From NCBI GenBank assembly GCA_012840965.1, contig DUVQ01000097.1, positions 5,045 to 69,044 of the forward strand: 64,000 nucleotides of DNA, written 5' to 3'. The stretch comes from Oligoflexales bacterium (GTDB lineage: Bacteria; Myxococcota_A; UBA9042; DTJE01). The notes beneath the pieces are model-generated. The model ran no database searches and was not told where the DNA came from. It saw nothing but the letters and a program-made list of their open reading frames with translations. Numbering within the stretch: the stretch's first letter is position 1; every line of letters starts with the position of its first letter. Below are positions 29,923 to 37,708 of the stretch, piece after piece. A program made the translations under genes and the position numbers.

Positions 29923-30894
29923 TTGGGTTGTTTTGGGAGCAAAACGATGGACGTACAGGCAATCATGATTGGCAGTGGCGCCCTAGCTGGTGTTGGGGCC
30001 ATTTCCGCTGTGGTGCTGGCAATAGCATCTAGGGTCTTTAAGGTCGATGAGGACCCAAGAATCGAGGCTATCAACGAGATCTTGCCTGGGGCTAACTGTG
30101 GTGGCTGTGGTTTTCCTGGGTGCTCTGGGTTTGCGAAGGCCATCGTCGAGGGTATGGCAGATCCCACGGGGTGTGCCCCAGGTGGAAATGAGCTTGCAAA
30201 GAAGATCGCAGTGATCTTGGGGGTCGAGGTTCAAGAAAAGGTGAGAATGGTTGCCAGAGTCCGCTGCTCGGGCACCAGTGAACACTGTGCTAACCGCTTT
30301 GTTTATGAAGGCGTTGCCTCTTGTAAAGGGGCCTCTCTGCTATCTGAAGGTGGTATTAAATCTTGTCCTTATGGTTGTGACGGGCTTGGTGACTGTGTTG
30401 CAGTGTGTCCCTTTGATGCCATTCATATGGGGCCAAATCAGATTCCAGTGGTGGACCTTGATAAGTGTACTGCATGTGGAAAGTGCGTCGATGCTTGCCC
30501 CAAGGGCGTTATCGCATTGGAAGCACACGCTGGGCAGGTTGTTTTGCATTGCCACACCCACTTGGCTGCAAAGGATGTACGTAAGATATGCAGCATTGGA
30601 TGCATATCTTGTAAGGCCTGCATCAGGGCATGCCCATACGATGCTTTGAGCTGGGATGTGGACCTGCCGGTATTTGACTACGAAAAATGCCAAAGCTGTG
30701 GCTTGTGTATTGATGCCTGCAAACCCGGTTGCATCCAGACTTTTAAGGAGATAGACCTTGCGGTTAAGGCTAAGGCCACCGAGGCTTTGGAGGCCAAAAA
30801 GGCTGAAGAGGCCGCCAAGCGCGAAGCCGCCAGAGCCGCAGCCCAAGCCAGGGCAGCAGCTGCCGCGGCCGCTGCAGCTGAAAAGCCAAACTGA
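29923..30894 (+). CDS. rnfB: Rnf complex subunit B (polyferredoxin)
   Basis: N-terminal anchor plus Cys cluster CGGCGFPGCSGF and several CxxCxxCxxxCP motifs. About 45-aa Ala/Lys-rich C-terminal tail. True start may be the M at 29947. Confidence 0.8.
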   Translation: MGCFGSKTMDVQAIMIGSGALAGVGAISAVVLAIASRVFKVDEDPRIEAINEILPGANCGGCGFPGCSGFAKAIVEGMADPTGCAPGGNELAKKIAVILGVEVQEKVRMVARVRCSGTSEHCANRFVYEGVASCKGASLLSEGGIKSCPYGCDGLGDCVAVCPFDAIHMGPNQIPVVDLDKCTACGKCVDACPKGVIALEAHAGQVVLHCHTHLAAKDVRKICSIGCISCKACIRACPYDALSWDVDLPVFDYEKCQSCGLCIDACKPGCIQTFKEIDLAVKAKATEALEAKKAEEAAKREAARAAAQARAAAAAAAAAEKPN

Positions 30895-30938
30895 TGTTCT
30901 TGCCTATCGTCACTCGCTTTTACCCGGACAAGTCCTAG

Positions 30939-31478
30939 ATGACAGAAACAGCCACGATTGTTAAACGCCTGACTGCCAACAAAGTGCTAGTTCAGATTAC
31001 CCGGGGCGCAGCATGCGACACCTGCCATGCCAAAGGGGCATGTGCACCGCTGTCACGTGGGTCCATTGTGACCTTTGAAGCCGAAGACCCATTAAACTGT
31101 GAGCCAGGTGATTTGGTAGAAGTGGCAATCGCAGAAGGTGCCGTATTAAAAGCCGTTGGCTGGGTTTATGGCCTTCCCATCGCACTTGCTCTAATACTCA
31201 GCCTTGCCATTTGGAATTGGATGCCGGACCCGGAGGGCAGGGATCTGATGGCAGCAGGCGGCTTCATCGCAGGAGCGGGCCTGGGCATGCTGGCCCTGCG
31301 GCTGGTTGAGAGAGCGATCAAGGAAAAGTCCACTTTCTCGGTGAAGGTGGTTGGGAGGGGGCAGGGTCAGGGACAGGAGCATGGACAGGGACAAGAGCAG
31401 GGACAGGAGCAGGGACAGGAGCAGGGGCAGGGACAGGGGCAGGGGCAGGAGCAGGGACAGGAGCAGGGACAGGGGTAG
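30939..31478 (+). CDS. rseC: RseC/MucC family (SoxR-reducing system) protein with repeat-encoded (GQGQEQ)n tail
   Basis: [10 protein letters not shown] motif followed by two TM helices. The last ~40 codons run into the hexamer array, so the true C-terminus is uncertain. Confidence 0.55.
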   Translation: MTETATIVKRLTANKVLVQITRGAACDTCHAKGACAPLSRGSIVTFEAEDPLNCEPGDLVEVAIAEGAVLKAVGWVYGLPIALALILSLAIWNWMPDPEGRDLMAAGGFIAGAGLGMLALRLVERAIKEKSTFSVKVVGRGQGQGQEHGQGQEQGQEQGQEQGQGQGQGQEQGQEQGQG

Positions 31479-31634
31479 GGACGGGGGCAGGGGCAGGGAC
31501 AGGGACGGGGACAGGGACAGGAGCAGGTTCAGGGGCAGGGTCAGGGACAGGAGCAGGGACAGGAGCAGGGACAGGAGCAGGGACAGGGACAGGGACAGGG
31601 ACAGGAGCAGGGACAGGGACAGGATCAGGTGGGG
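31353..31634. repeat. longest (GGGRCA)n array, ~47 hexamers
   Basis: gggcagggtcagggacaggagcatggacagggacaagagcagggacaggagc.... All three + frames give GQ/RD/DR-rich translations and minus frames give LS/PL-rich ones. Confidence 0.9.
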
Positions 31635-31642
31635 AGTTTTGG

Positions 31643-32128
31643 TTAGGCCTTGGCTACCCACTTGCGGATGAACGCGGCTTGGCGGGCTACTTCCTCTTCA
31701 GTTTTTTCCAGCCCAATCTTTTCAGCCTTGCTTCCAACCAAGGGGATTTTAACTTCAAGCTGGCTGATGAAAACCACGCGAGTTTTGTCGCCCTGGGCGT
31801 GAAATTCCACTGAACCAGATAAAAAGAATTTGTCGGCCATGATTTCAGGGGTGACTTTCCAAGTCATTACACCCTTTTCTCGATCCAGCACGTTGTCGTC
31901 GTCATAAACATCGGTCTCGTTCTTGCGCAAAAATGCCGGAACCCTAGAAGGCTCCTTGATCCTAGCCTTCATACGAAGCTTCCCACCAGGCAGCTCCTCT
32001 CTTTCAAGGATTTTAACGTCGATAGCCCCGGAATTTTTCGATTTCTCGATATAAAACTCCTCACTGGCATAAGCATCCAGAACCGTGGCCAAAGGCGCAT
32101 CAATAATGTGTTCGTAGGTAACCTTCAT
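31643..32128 (-). CDS. DUF2505-like SRPBCC superfamily protein
   Basis: Start moved to [26 protein letters not shown], with GGAGGAGA directly upstream. The ORF track start at 32239 lies inside a hexamer repeat. 162 aa. Confidence 0.5.
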   Translation of the reverse strand: MKVTYEHIIDAPLATVLDAYASEEFYIEKSKNSGAIDVKILEREELPGGKLRMKARIKEPSRVPAFLRKNETDVYDDDNVLDREKGVMTWKVTPEIMADKFFLSGSVEFHAQGDKTRVVFISQLEVKIPLVGSKAEKIGLEKTEEEVARQAAFIRKWVAKA

Positions 32129-32182
32129 TGTCTCCTCCAAAAAGACCGCCCCAATTCTGCCGCGCCTTGGAGCTAAAGTAAA

Positions 32183-32222
32183 GGGACAGGAACAGGGGAC
32201 GGGGGCAGGGACAGGGTCAGGT
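32183..32222. repeat. (GGGRCA)n array
   Basis: gggacaggaacaggggacgggggcagggacagggtcagg. Confidence 0.8.
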
Positions 32223-33788
32223 AGGATCCTCAATGCCACTGTGAGGTAGCACCGCTTTGGCCAAAGCCCTCAAGGCCTTCCAGCCAATTGAAGGTTTGTC
32301 ACTTGCCTTCGCCAAATACGGCTCGACCAAGTGATCCCCAGCATAAAACACGAAATAGGTAAAAGAACCATAAGGGGTAAACCCCATTTTCGCCGTTCGT
32401 AACACAAACGTCGCAAAATCAGTAAACCAACTCAACCTCTCTCGTTGAATCTGCCACCACACAAACTGCGTCCCAAACGCAATATGAGTCATCAAAACGA
32501 ATGCTTTAACCTGCCACGGCTTCAGATGCTCATGCTCCATTGAAATCCCATGAAGCAAGTCAGAAGCCTCCTCAAGCGCCTCAGGGCGTATCGAAGAACC
32601 AAGCTCTGCAGCCTTATCAAGCACCTCACTATCCGCCAGCGGCTTGTAAAGGAAAAAAACCGGGAAATCCACTGAAAAATCGTGCGCAAGTTCCAAAGAT
32701 TGAACAAGCCACTCCGGCCTCTCACCAGGCCCACCAGCCATAAAGTAGCCAGTAATCGAAATCCCAGACTCCTTCATCAACCTCAGCCCTTCCTCAAGGC
32801 GCTCTTGGCTGATACCCTTGTTGTAGATTTTGTTCCTCTGCCAGTCGTTCGCAGCCTCAATACCCACCCGCAGGTTTACACAACCACTTTCCCTAAGAAG
32901 AGCCAGATTCTCAGCAGTTACATGATCCGGCCTTGTAAAAGCGCTGTAAGGCAGCTTTTTGTGCAGCCCAACCCGGATGTATTCCGCCGCAAATTTTTCC
33001 ACCCATTTCCTGTTGATCAAAAAGTTCAAATCAGTGAACTGGATAGTTCGCAACCCCATGGATTTATAGCGATCATAGTCGGCCTGAATTTCCTCGACAA
33101 CCTTGATCGGATCCCGATATCGCAGATAGCGCTCGCCAGGATAACGCTTTTGGATCTCGGTCATTGAACAAAACGAGCACTTGGCAGGACATCCACGGCT
33201 GGCAGTTACAGGCAAAATCCCCCATATGTAAAAATTCGCCTCCAGGATATCACGGTCAAAGACGCTCCAATCAACCGCCACCATCTCGCAAGGTGGCAAA
33301 AGCTTAGCCTTTGGGGTTGGCTGGACGATTTTATCACCATCGCGGCGCCATAAACCAGGGACCGAATCTACCGATTCACCAGCCGCTAGGGCGTTTAGCA
33401 GGGCAAGCATCGGAATCTCGCCATCCCCCTCAAGCGCCCAATCAAAGGCAGGGCAACCAAGTACATCCTCAGTGGCCAAAGTCGCGTGATGCCCACCTCC
33501 AACCAGTGGGACCTGAACATGGCGTTTGATTTCCACTGCAACATCCTTGGCCGCAGGAAAATATGGAGTCGAAAGGTACATCGCTACAAGATCCGGTTTG
33601 TATTCTTGAAGCGTCTTTTTTAGCTTTCGTTTCCATCCCCTTGTCGGAGTAGCCATGAAATCAAGGATTTTAACCTCATGGTCGCTGTGATGACGCACCC
33701 ACGAACCCACCATGGCAATCCCCATATGCACATGTTCCTTTTTCATGACAATGTTTGGGTTAACCAAAAGCAGGCGAAGCTTGCGCAT
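32217..33788 (-). CDS. B12-binding domain-containing radical SAM protein
   Basis: N-terminus MRKLRLLLVNPN plus B12-binding fold. CxxxCxxC = CPAKCSFC. 523 aa with a hydrophobic C-terminal extension. Confidence 0.75.
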   Translation of the reverse strand: MRKLRLLLVNPNIVMKKEHVHMGIAMVGSWVRHHSDHEVKILDFMATPTRGWKRKLKKTLQEYKPDLVAMYLSTPYFPAAKDVAVEIKRHVQVPLVGGGHHATLATEDVLGCPAFDWALEGDGEIPMLALLNALAAGESVDSVPGLWRRDGDKIVQPTPKAKLLPPCEMVAVDWSVFDRDILEANFYIWGILPVTASRGCPAKCSFCSMTEIQKRYPGERYLRYRDPIKVVEEIQADYDRYKSMGLRTIQFTDLNFLINRKWVEKFAAEYIRVGLHKKLPYSAFTRPDHVTAENLALLRESGCVNLRVGIEAANDWQRNKIYNKGISQERLEEGLRLMKESGISITGYFMAGGPGERPEWLVQSLELAHDFSVDFPVFFLYKPLADSEVLDKAAELGSSIRPEALEEASDLLHGISMEHEHLKPWQVKAFVLMTHIAFGTQFVWWQIQRERLSWFTDFATFVLRTAKMGFTPYGSFTYFVFYAGDHLVEPYLAKASDKPSIGWKALRALAKAVLPHSGIEDPT

Positions 33789-33892
33789 CAGGGCTCCTTC
33801 CGGGTCCAGCCAAAAGGCTCATCGCAATAAGTTACTCTCTTTTGTCCGGAATGTCGCCTGTGACATTTAAAATCACCAGCCAATCAGCACGT

Positions 33893-33907
33893 TGCTGATA
33901 ATTTTGC
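33893..33907. promoter_or_regulatory. perfect 6-3-6 palindrome TCAGCACGTTGCTGA in divergent promoter region
   Basis: Lies in the AT-rich 250-bp spacer between the two divergent radical SAM genes. Three direct repeats CCAGARATGRCGACC follow at 33962..34031. Confidence 0.3.
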
Positions 33908-34039
33908 CTTCCTTTTGTGACGCTTGGGCTGTAAATACTTCGATTGGCGACATTAACAAATGCCAGAGATGGCGACCTTATCAAAATCCAGAAATGACGA
34001 CCTCATAAAAAGGCCAGAGATGCTAGAATTTCACCCGCT

Positions 34040-35404
34040 ATGCGTGTGCAACTTGTAAATCCACCGCCGTTCAGAATAAATGATCAATACGACGCACCAG
34101 ATTTTCCCCAATTGGGGCTAGCCACTTTGGCTGGGTACCTGATAACCAAAGGTGTGACGGACATATCTGTGATTGATGCGAAGTTTGAGAGGCTTGATTA
34201 TGATGCGATTTTAAGACGTTTGGCTGCTTACAAGCCTGATATCATTGGCATTACAGCAATGACAAACGAAGTCATTCAGGCCGCCAAAGTAGCCAGTCTT
34301 ATCAAGGAAAGATTTCCGCAGATCACCACTGTAATCGGTGGGATACACGTTTCTGTCCTGCCGGAACAAACATTAAAGGAGTTTCCAAGCTTTGATATTG
34401 GCATAGTTGGACAGGGGGAAATCAGCCTTCACCAGTTGATTAAGGCCCTTGAGCAAGGTGGCGATCTGCAGGCTGTTAAAGGAATCGTTTACAGGTCTGA
34501 TAACCAGATTCTGCAAAATGCACCACGCTTTGAAGCGGTTGACCTTGATTTTACACCTGCTTGGCACCTGTTTCCAAAGGCCAAAACCTATATGATTTCC
34601 AGCCAGCGCGGATGTCCTTTTAATTGTCCGTTTTGTGTAAACCCCAATGGACACCGGTTAAACAAACGTTCGATCCAAAGTGTGATTGATGAGATGACCA
34701 TGTTGGCTGATGATTTTGGTGCTGCCAAAGTTGTTTTTGCAGACGAAGTTTTCAGCCTGGATCGCAAACGGACCATTGAGCTTTGCCAGGCGATGATTGG
34801 GGCTGGGCTTGCAAAGAAATTGACCTGGAAGGCTTCCACCCATGTCAATTCTGTAGATGTAGAAGTGTTTAAATTTATGAAGGATTCTGGCTGCTATCTA
34901 ATAGAGCTAGGGATCGAAAGTGGAGATCCAGATATCCTAAAAGTTATGCACAAGGGCGTGACCATTGAAAAGATTCTAAAGGTCAGACAGGATGCCAAGG
35001 CCGCTGGTATACCCTTTGGTGCGCTATTTATCTTGGGCCATCCAAACGAGACGCTGCACACTGCCTGGCGGACTTTGAATCTGGCGGTGCGCCTTAATTC
35101 TGACCTGACCATTTTGGGAATCATGGTGCCTTTTCCGGGTACCAGAATTGGGGAAATGGCAAAATGTGGCGAAGGTGGTTATCGTTTGATTGCAAAGGAT
35201 TGGAATGATTATGGAAAACAGCACGGGCATGCTGTTGAAATGCAAACTCTGAGCAGGCGTCAGCTCGAGTTATTGCAAGGGGTTGGGTACATCAGAGTGC
35301 TGCTTGAAAACGGGCGAATCGTCGACTTGGCTAAGTTTATTTGGCAGTTTAGGCGAGAGGCCATGGCGCTAGGTAAACGCCTGTTGAGCGTTGACCGAAG
35401 TTAG
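34040..35404 (+). CDS. B12-binding domain-containing radical SAM protein
   Basis: N-terminus MRVQLVNPPP plus B12-binding fold. CPFNCPFC. 454 aa. Confidence 0.75.
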   Translation: MRVQLVNPPPFRINDQYDAPDFPQLGLATLAGYLITKGVTDISVIDAKFERLDYDAILRRLAAYKPDIIGITAMTNEVIQAAKVASLIKERFPQITTVIGGIHVSVLPEQTLKEFPSFDIGIVGQGEISLHQLIKALEQGGDLQAVKGIVYRSDNQILQNAPRFEAVDLDFTPAWHLFPKAKTYMISSQRGCPFNCPFCVNPNGHRLNKRSIQSVIDEMTMLADDFGAAKVVFADEVFSLDRKRTIELCQAMIGAGLAKKLTWKASTHVNSVDVEVFKFMKDSGCYLIELGIESGDPDILKVMHKGVTIEKILKVRQDAKAAGIPFGALFILGHPNETLHTAWRTLNLAVRLNSDLTILGIMVPFPGTRIGEMAKCGEGGYRLIAKDWNDYGKQHGHAVEMQTLSRRQLELLQGVGYIRVLLENGRIVDLAKFIWQFRREAMALGKRLLSVDRS

Positions 35405-35470
35405 TTGGTGATATTGACAGCAAAGGTCCTGTTGCCTATCCTGCTTTTCCGAAAGGATGTGGGGGAGCCC

Positions 35471-36451
35471 ATGATAAGAACTGTAGTATTGTTGGCACTT
35501 GTGTTGACGTTTGCCGCTTGTAAAAAGGAACAGGAGCCTACCCCTGAACCGGTGGTTGAGCAGGTGGAGGTTGTTAGACCCGAGGAGCAGGACCCTGACC
35601 GCCGTGGCAGGCGTAGGGCTGCAAGAGCCCAAGAGCAGGCTGCACAGGAGCAGGCTGCGCAGGAACAGGCTGCACAAGAGCAGGCTGCACAGGAACAGGC
35701 TGCGCAGGAGCAGGCTGCGCAAGAGCAAGCCCAGGCGGAACAAGCTGGTTCGCAGGCCGAGCAGGCAGCAGCGCAGGTTGGTGACGAACCTGACCCAGTG
35801 AATCCTGCGACAGCTGACCAACCAGACCAGCAGGCCGCAGCACAGGCAGGTGAACAGGTTCCGGAACAACCCCAGGAGCAAGCCCCAGCGCAGGCCCAGG
35901 AGCAAGCCCAGCAGCAAGCTCCCGGTCCACAGATCGCTCAAGCTCCAGTGCAGGCAGGACCAGATGGAAGTCAGCCTGTTGCGCAAGCTGGCAGGCCAAG
36001 CTTAAGGCAGCCCGAGGCAGGAGCGCCGGCTCTGCCAGACTTAAGGCTTTTGCTAACTATCAATGATATCAAGGAGCTGGCCTCATCCAAGGTTAATCTT
36101 CGTAGGGTCCCTTTGGTTGGTATCGAACCTTCCCCCAAGGTCGACTCCATCATGTACGCTCCTGTTAAAGGCAACAAATATGGTGTCGGGCTTCAGGTCT
36201 TTAGGGAGGATAGTGCCGTTTTTACAAGGGATCGCTTTAACTCAATGTTGGCCTCCTATCCTTCTGCCGTTGAGATTGCTGCCATTGCTGGTCGTACGTT
36301 CTTTGCGTATCGAGACGATCTTTTGTATATCGGCTTTATTTTGCCGGCTAAAAATCTGGTTTTTGTGCTGTCCTGTAGCCGCTCAATCTGTAACTCCGAC
36401 AGTTTGTATGAATTGGCCAAAAAGGTAAGCTCAAGATCGAATAACCTGTAA
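35471..36451 (+). CDS. hypothetical lipoprotein with (EQAAQ)7 low-complexity region
   Basis: Start at MIRTVVLLALVLTFAAC|KKEQ. 15-bp tandem repeat gagcaggctgcacag at 35628..35732. The C-terminal ~120 aa are non-repetitive. Confidence 0.45.
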   Translation: MIRTVVLLALVLTFAACKKEQEPTPEPVVEQVEVVRPEEQDPDRRGRRRAARAQEQAAQEQAAQEQAAQEQAAQEQAAQEQAAQEQAQAEQAGSQAEQAAAQVGDEPDPVNPATADQPDQQAAAQAGEQVPEQPQEQAPAQAQEQAQQQAPGPQIAQAPVQAGPDGSQPVAQAGRPSLRQPEAGAPALPDLRLLLTINDIKELASSKVNLRRVPLVGIEPSPKVDSIMYAPVKGNKYGVGLQVFREDSAVFTRDRFNSMLASYPSAVEIAAIAGRTFFAYRDDLLYIGFILPAKNLVFVLSCSRSICNSDSLYELAKKVSSRSNNL

Positions 36452-36514
36452 ACAAAACCTGATTTTGGGGATTTTGGGACCGAAAATTGGTTTGCAGGCC
36501 ATCAGGCTTTAATC

Positions 36515-37708
36515 ATGAAACTTTTGAACAAGTGGGCTAACCAGTCAATTATTTTGGTTCTTGGTACAGGTGGGGTCGGTAAAACGACGGTCTCCGCGGT
36601 TTTGGGCGGCCTTTTGGCGGCTTCAGGACGGCGAGTGCTGGTTGTTACAGTTGACCCATCCAACAGGCTTAAAGATGCTTTGGGCCTATCTGGTAAGTCT
36701 GGGGTCGAGGAGCCTGTTCCCGTTGAGGCCTTTGGCGGGGCGGACTCGACCGGTTCCTTGTCCGCCATGATTCTTGACACCAAGACAGAGTTGGACCGCT
36801 TGGCTGTTTTAATGATGCCTGATGAAAAGGCTAGGGCCGCTATAACTGACCATGTTTTTTACCAAAAGGCCGCGGCCAAGATGGCTGGGACCCACGAATA
36901 CATGAGCATGATCAGGCTGCTTGAGGCTTTGGACTCCGGTTTATACGATGTGATAGTGCTGGATACGCCGCCAAAAGAGCACGCGCTTGCCTTTTTAGAT
37001 GCCCCCGCGAAATTGGATGCCTTGCTTAATGCGGACATCTTCAAGGCCTTTGTGTCCGCTTCTTCTGGCCTGTCGCGTCTTGGGATGGGTGCCATGCGTT
37101 GGCGCAATGTGATTCTTAAGGGGATAGGTCGTTTTGCCGGCGAGGAAAATTTCCTTGCAGTGCTGGATTTTGTGCTGGCCTTTACTCCTTTGTTTGACGA
37201 CATCCGTAAACAGGCCGCCAAATTTGAACAGTATCTAAAGGGTGGCCAGGCTTCGACTGTATTTGTTACGCGGCCGGAGCTTCAGTCTGTTTCTCCTACA
37301 AAAGACGCCTTTAAGTCGCTGGAGCAACGTGGGATCAAGCCTGATGCCTTGATTGTAAACAGGGTGCGTACGTGGCCACCACACGGTTGTCCTAGCGAAG
37401 GCTGTCACCCCATAGATGGCGAACAGTTAAAGGACACCTTGGCCAATAGCGGGATTTTGGAACTTGCAGATGTCAGTAACAGGGATCGCCTGGCAAATGC
37501 GATCCAGAAAATAGCCGAAGCCTATAGAGCGGTGTCTGTCGAAGATGCCAGAGTTATTGAAGAATTGACAGAGGCCGCCTTTCCAGCAGCCACCGTGACC
37601 CTGCCTCTGTTGCAAGACGACGTCAAGGACCTTCAATCGTTAGGTGGGTTTGCAAAGGTCGTGCGTGACAGGCTAGGGCAGTTTGAGCCACCCCTGGGCC
37701 CCTCCTAG
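36515..37708 (+). CDS. ArsA/GET3-family P-loop ATPase
   Basis: GTGGVGKTT Walker A plus DPSNRL (DPAxNL-like) signature. 397 aa, single ATPase domain. Confidence 0.7.
   Translation: MKLLNKWANQSIILVLGTGGVGKTTVSAVLGGLLAASGRRVLVVTVDPSNRLKDALGLSGKSGVEEPVPVEAFGGADSTGSLSAMILDTKTELDRLAVLMMPDEKARAAITDHVFYQKAAAKMAGTHEYMSMIRLLEALDSGLYDVIVLDTPPKEHALAFLDAPAKLDALLNADIFKAFVSASSGLSRLGMGAMRWRNVILKGIGRFAGEENFLAVLDFVLAFTPLFDDIRKQAAKFEQYLKGGQASTVFVTRPELQSVSPTKDAFKSLEQRGIKPDALIVNRVRTWPPHGCPSEGCHPIDGEQLKDTLANSGILELADVSNRDRLANAIQKIAEAYRAVSVEDARVIEELTEAAFPAATVTLPLLQDDVKDLQSLGGFAKVVRDRLGQFEPPLGPS

Noticed and set aside
31353-31634. Possible CRISPR array (regular short repeats)
   Set aside because: The period is 6 bp with no unique spacers and no cas genes nearby. 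It is a simple-sequence microsatellite, not repeat-spacer architecture. The same applies to the arrays at 11075 and 20521.
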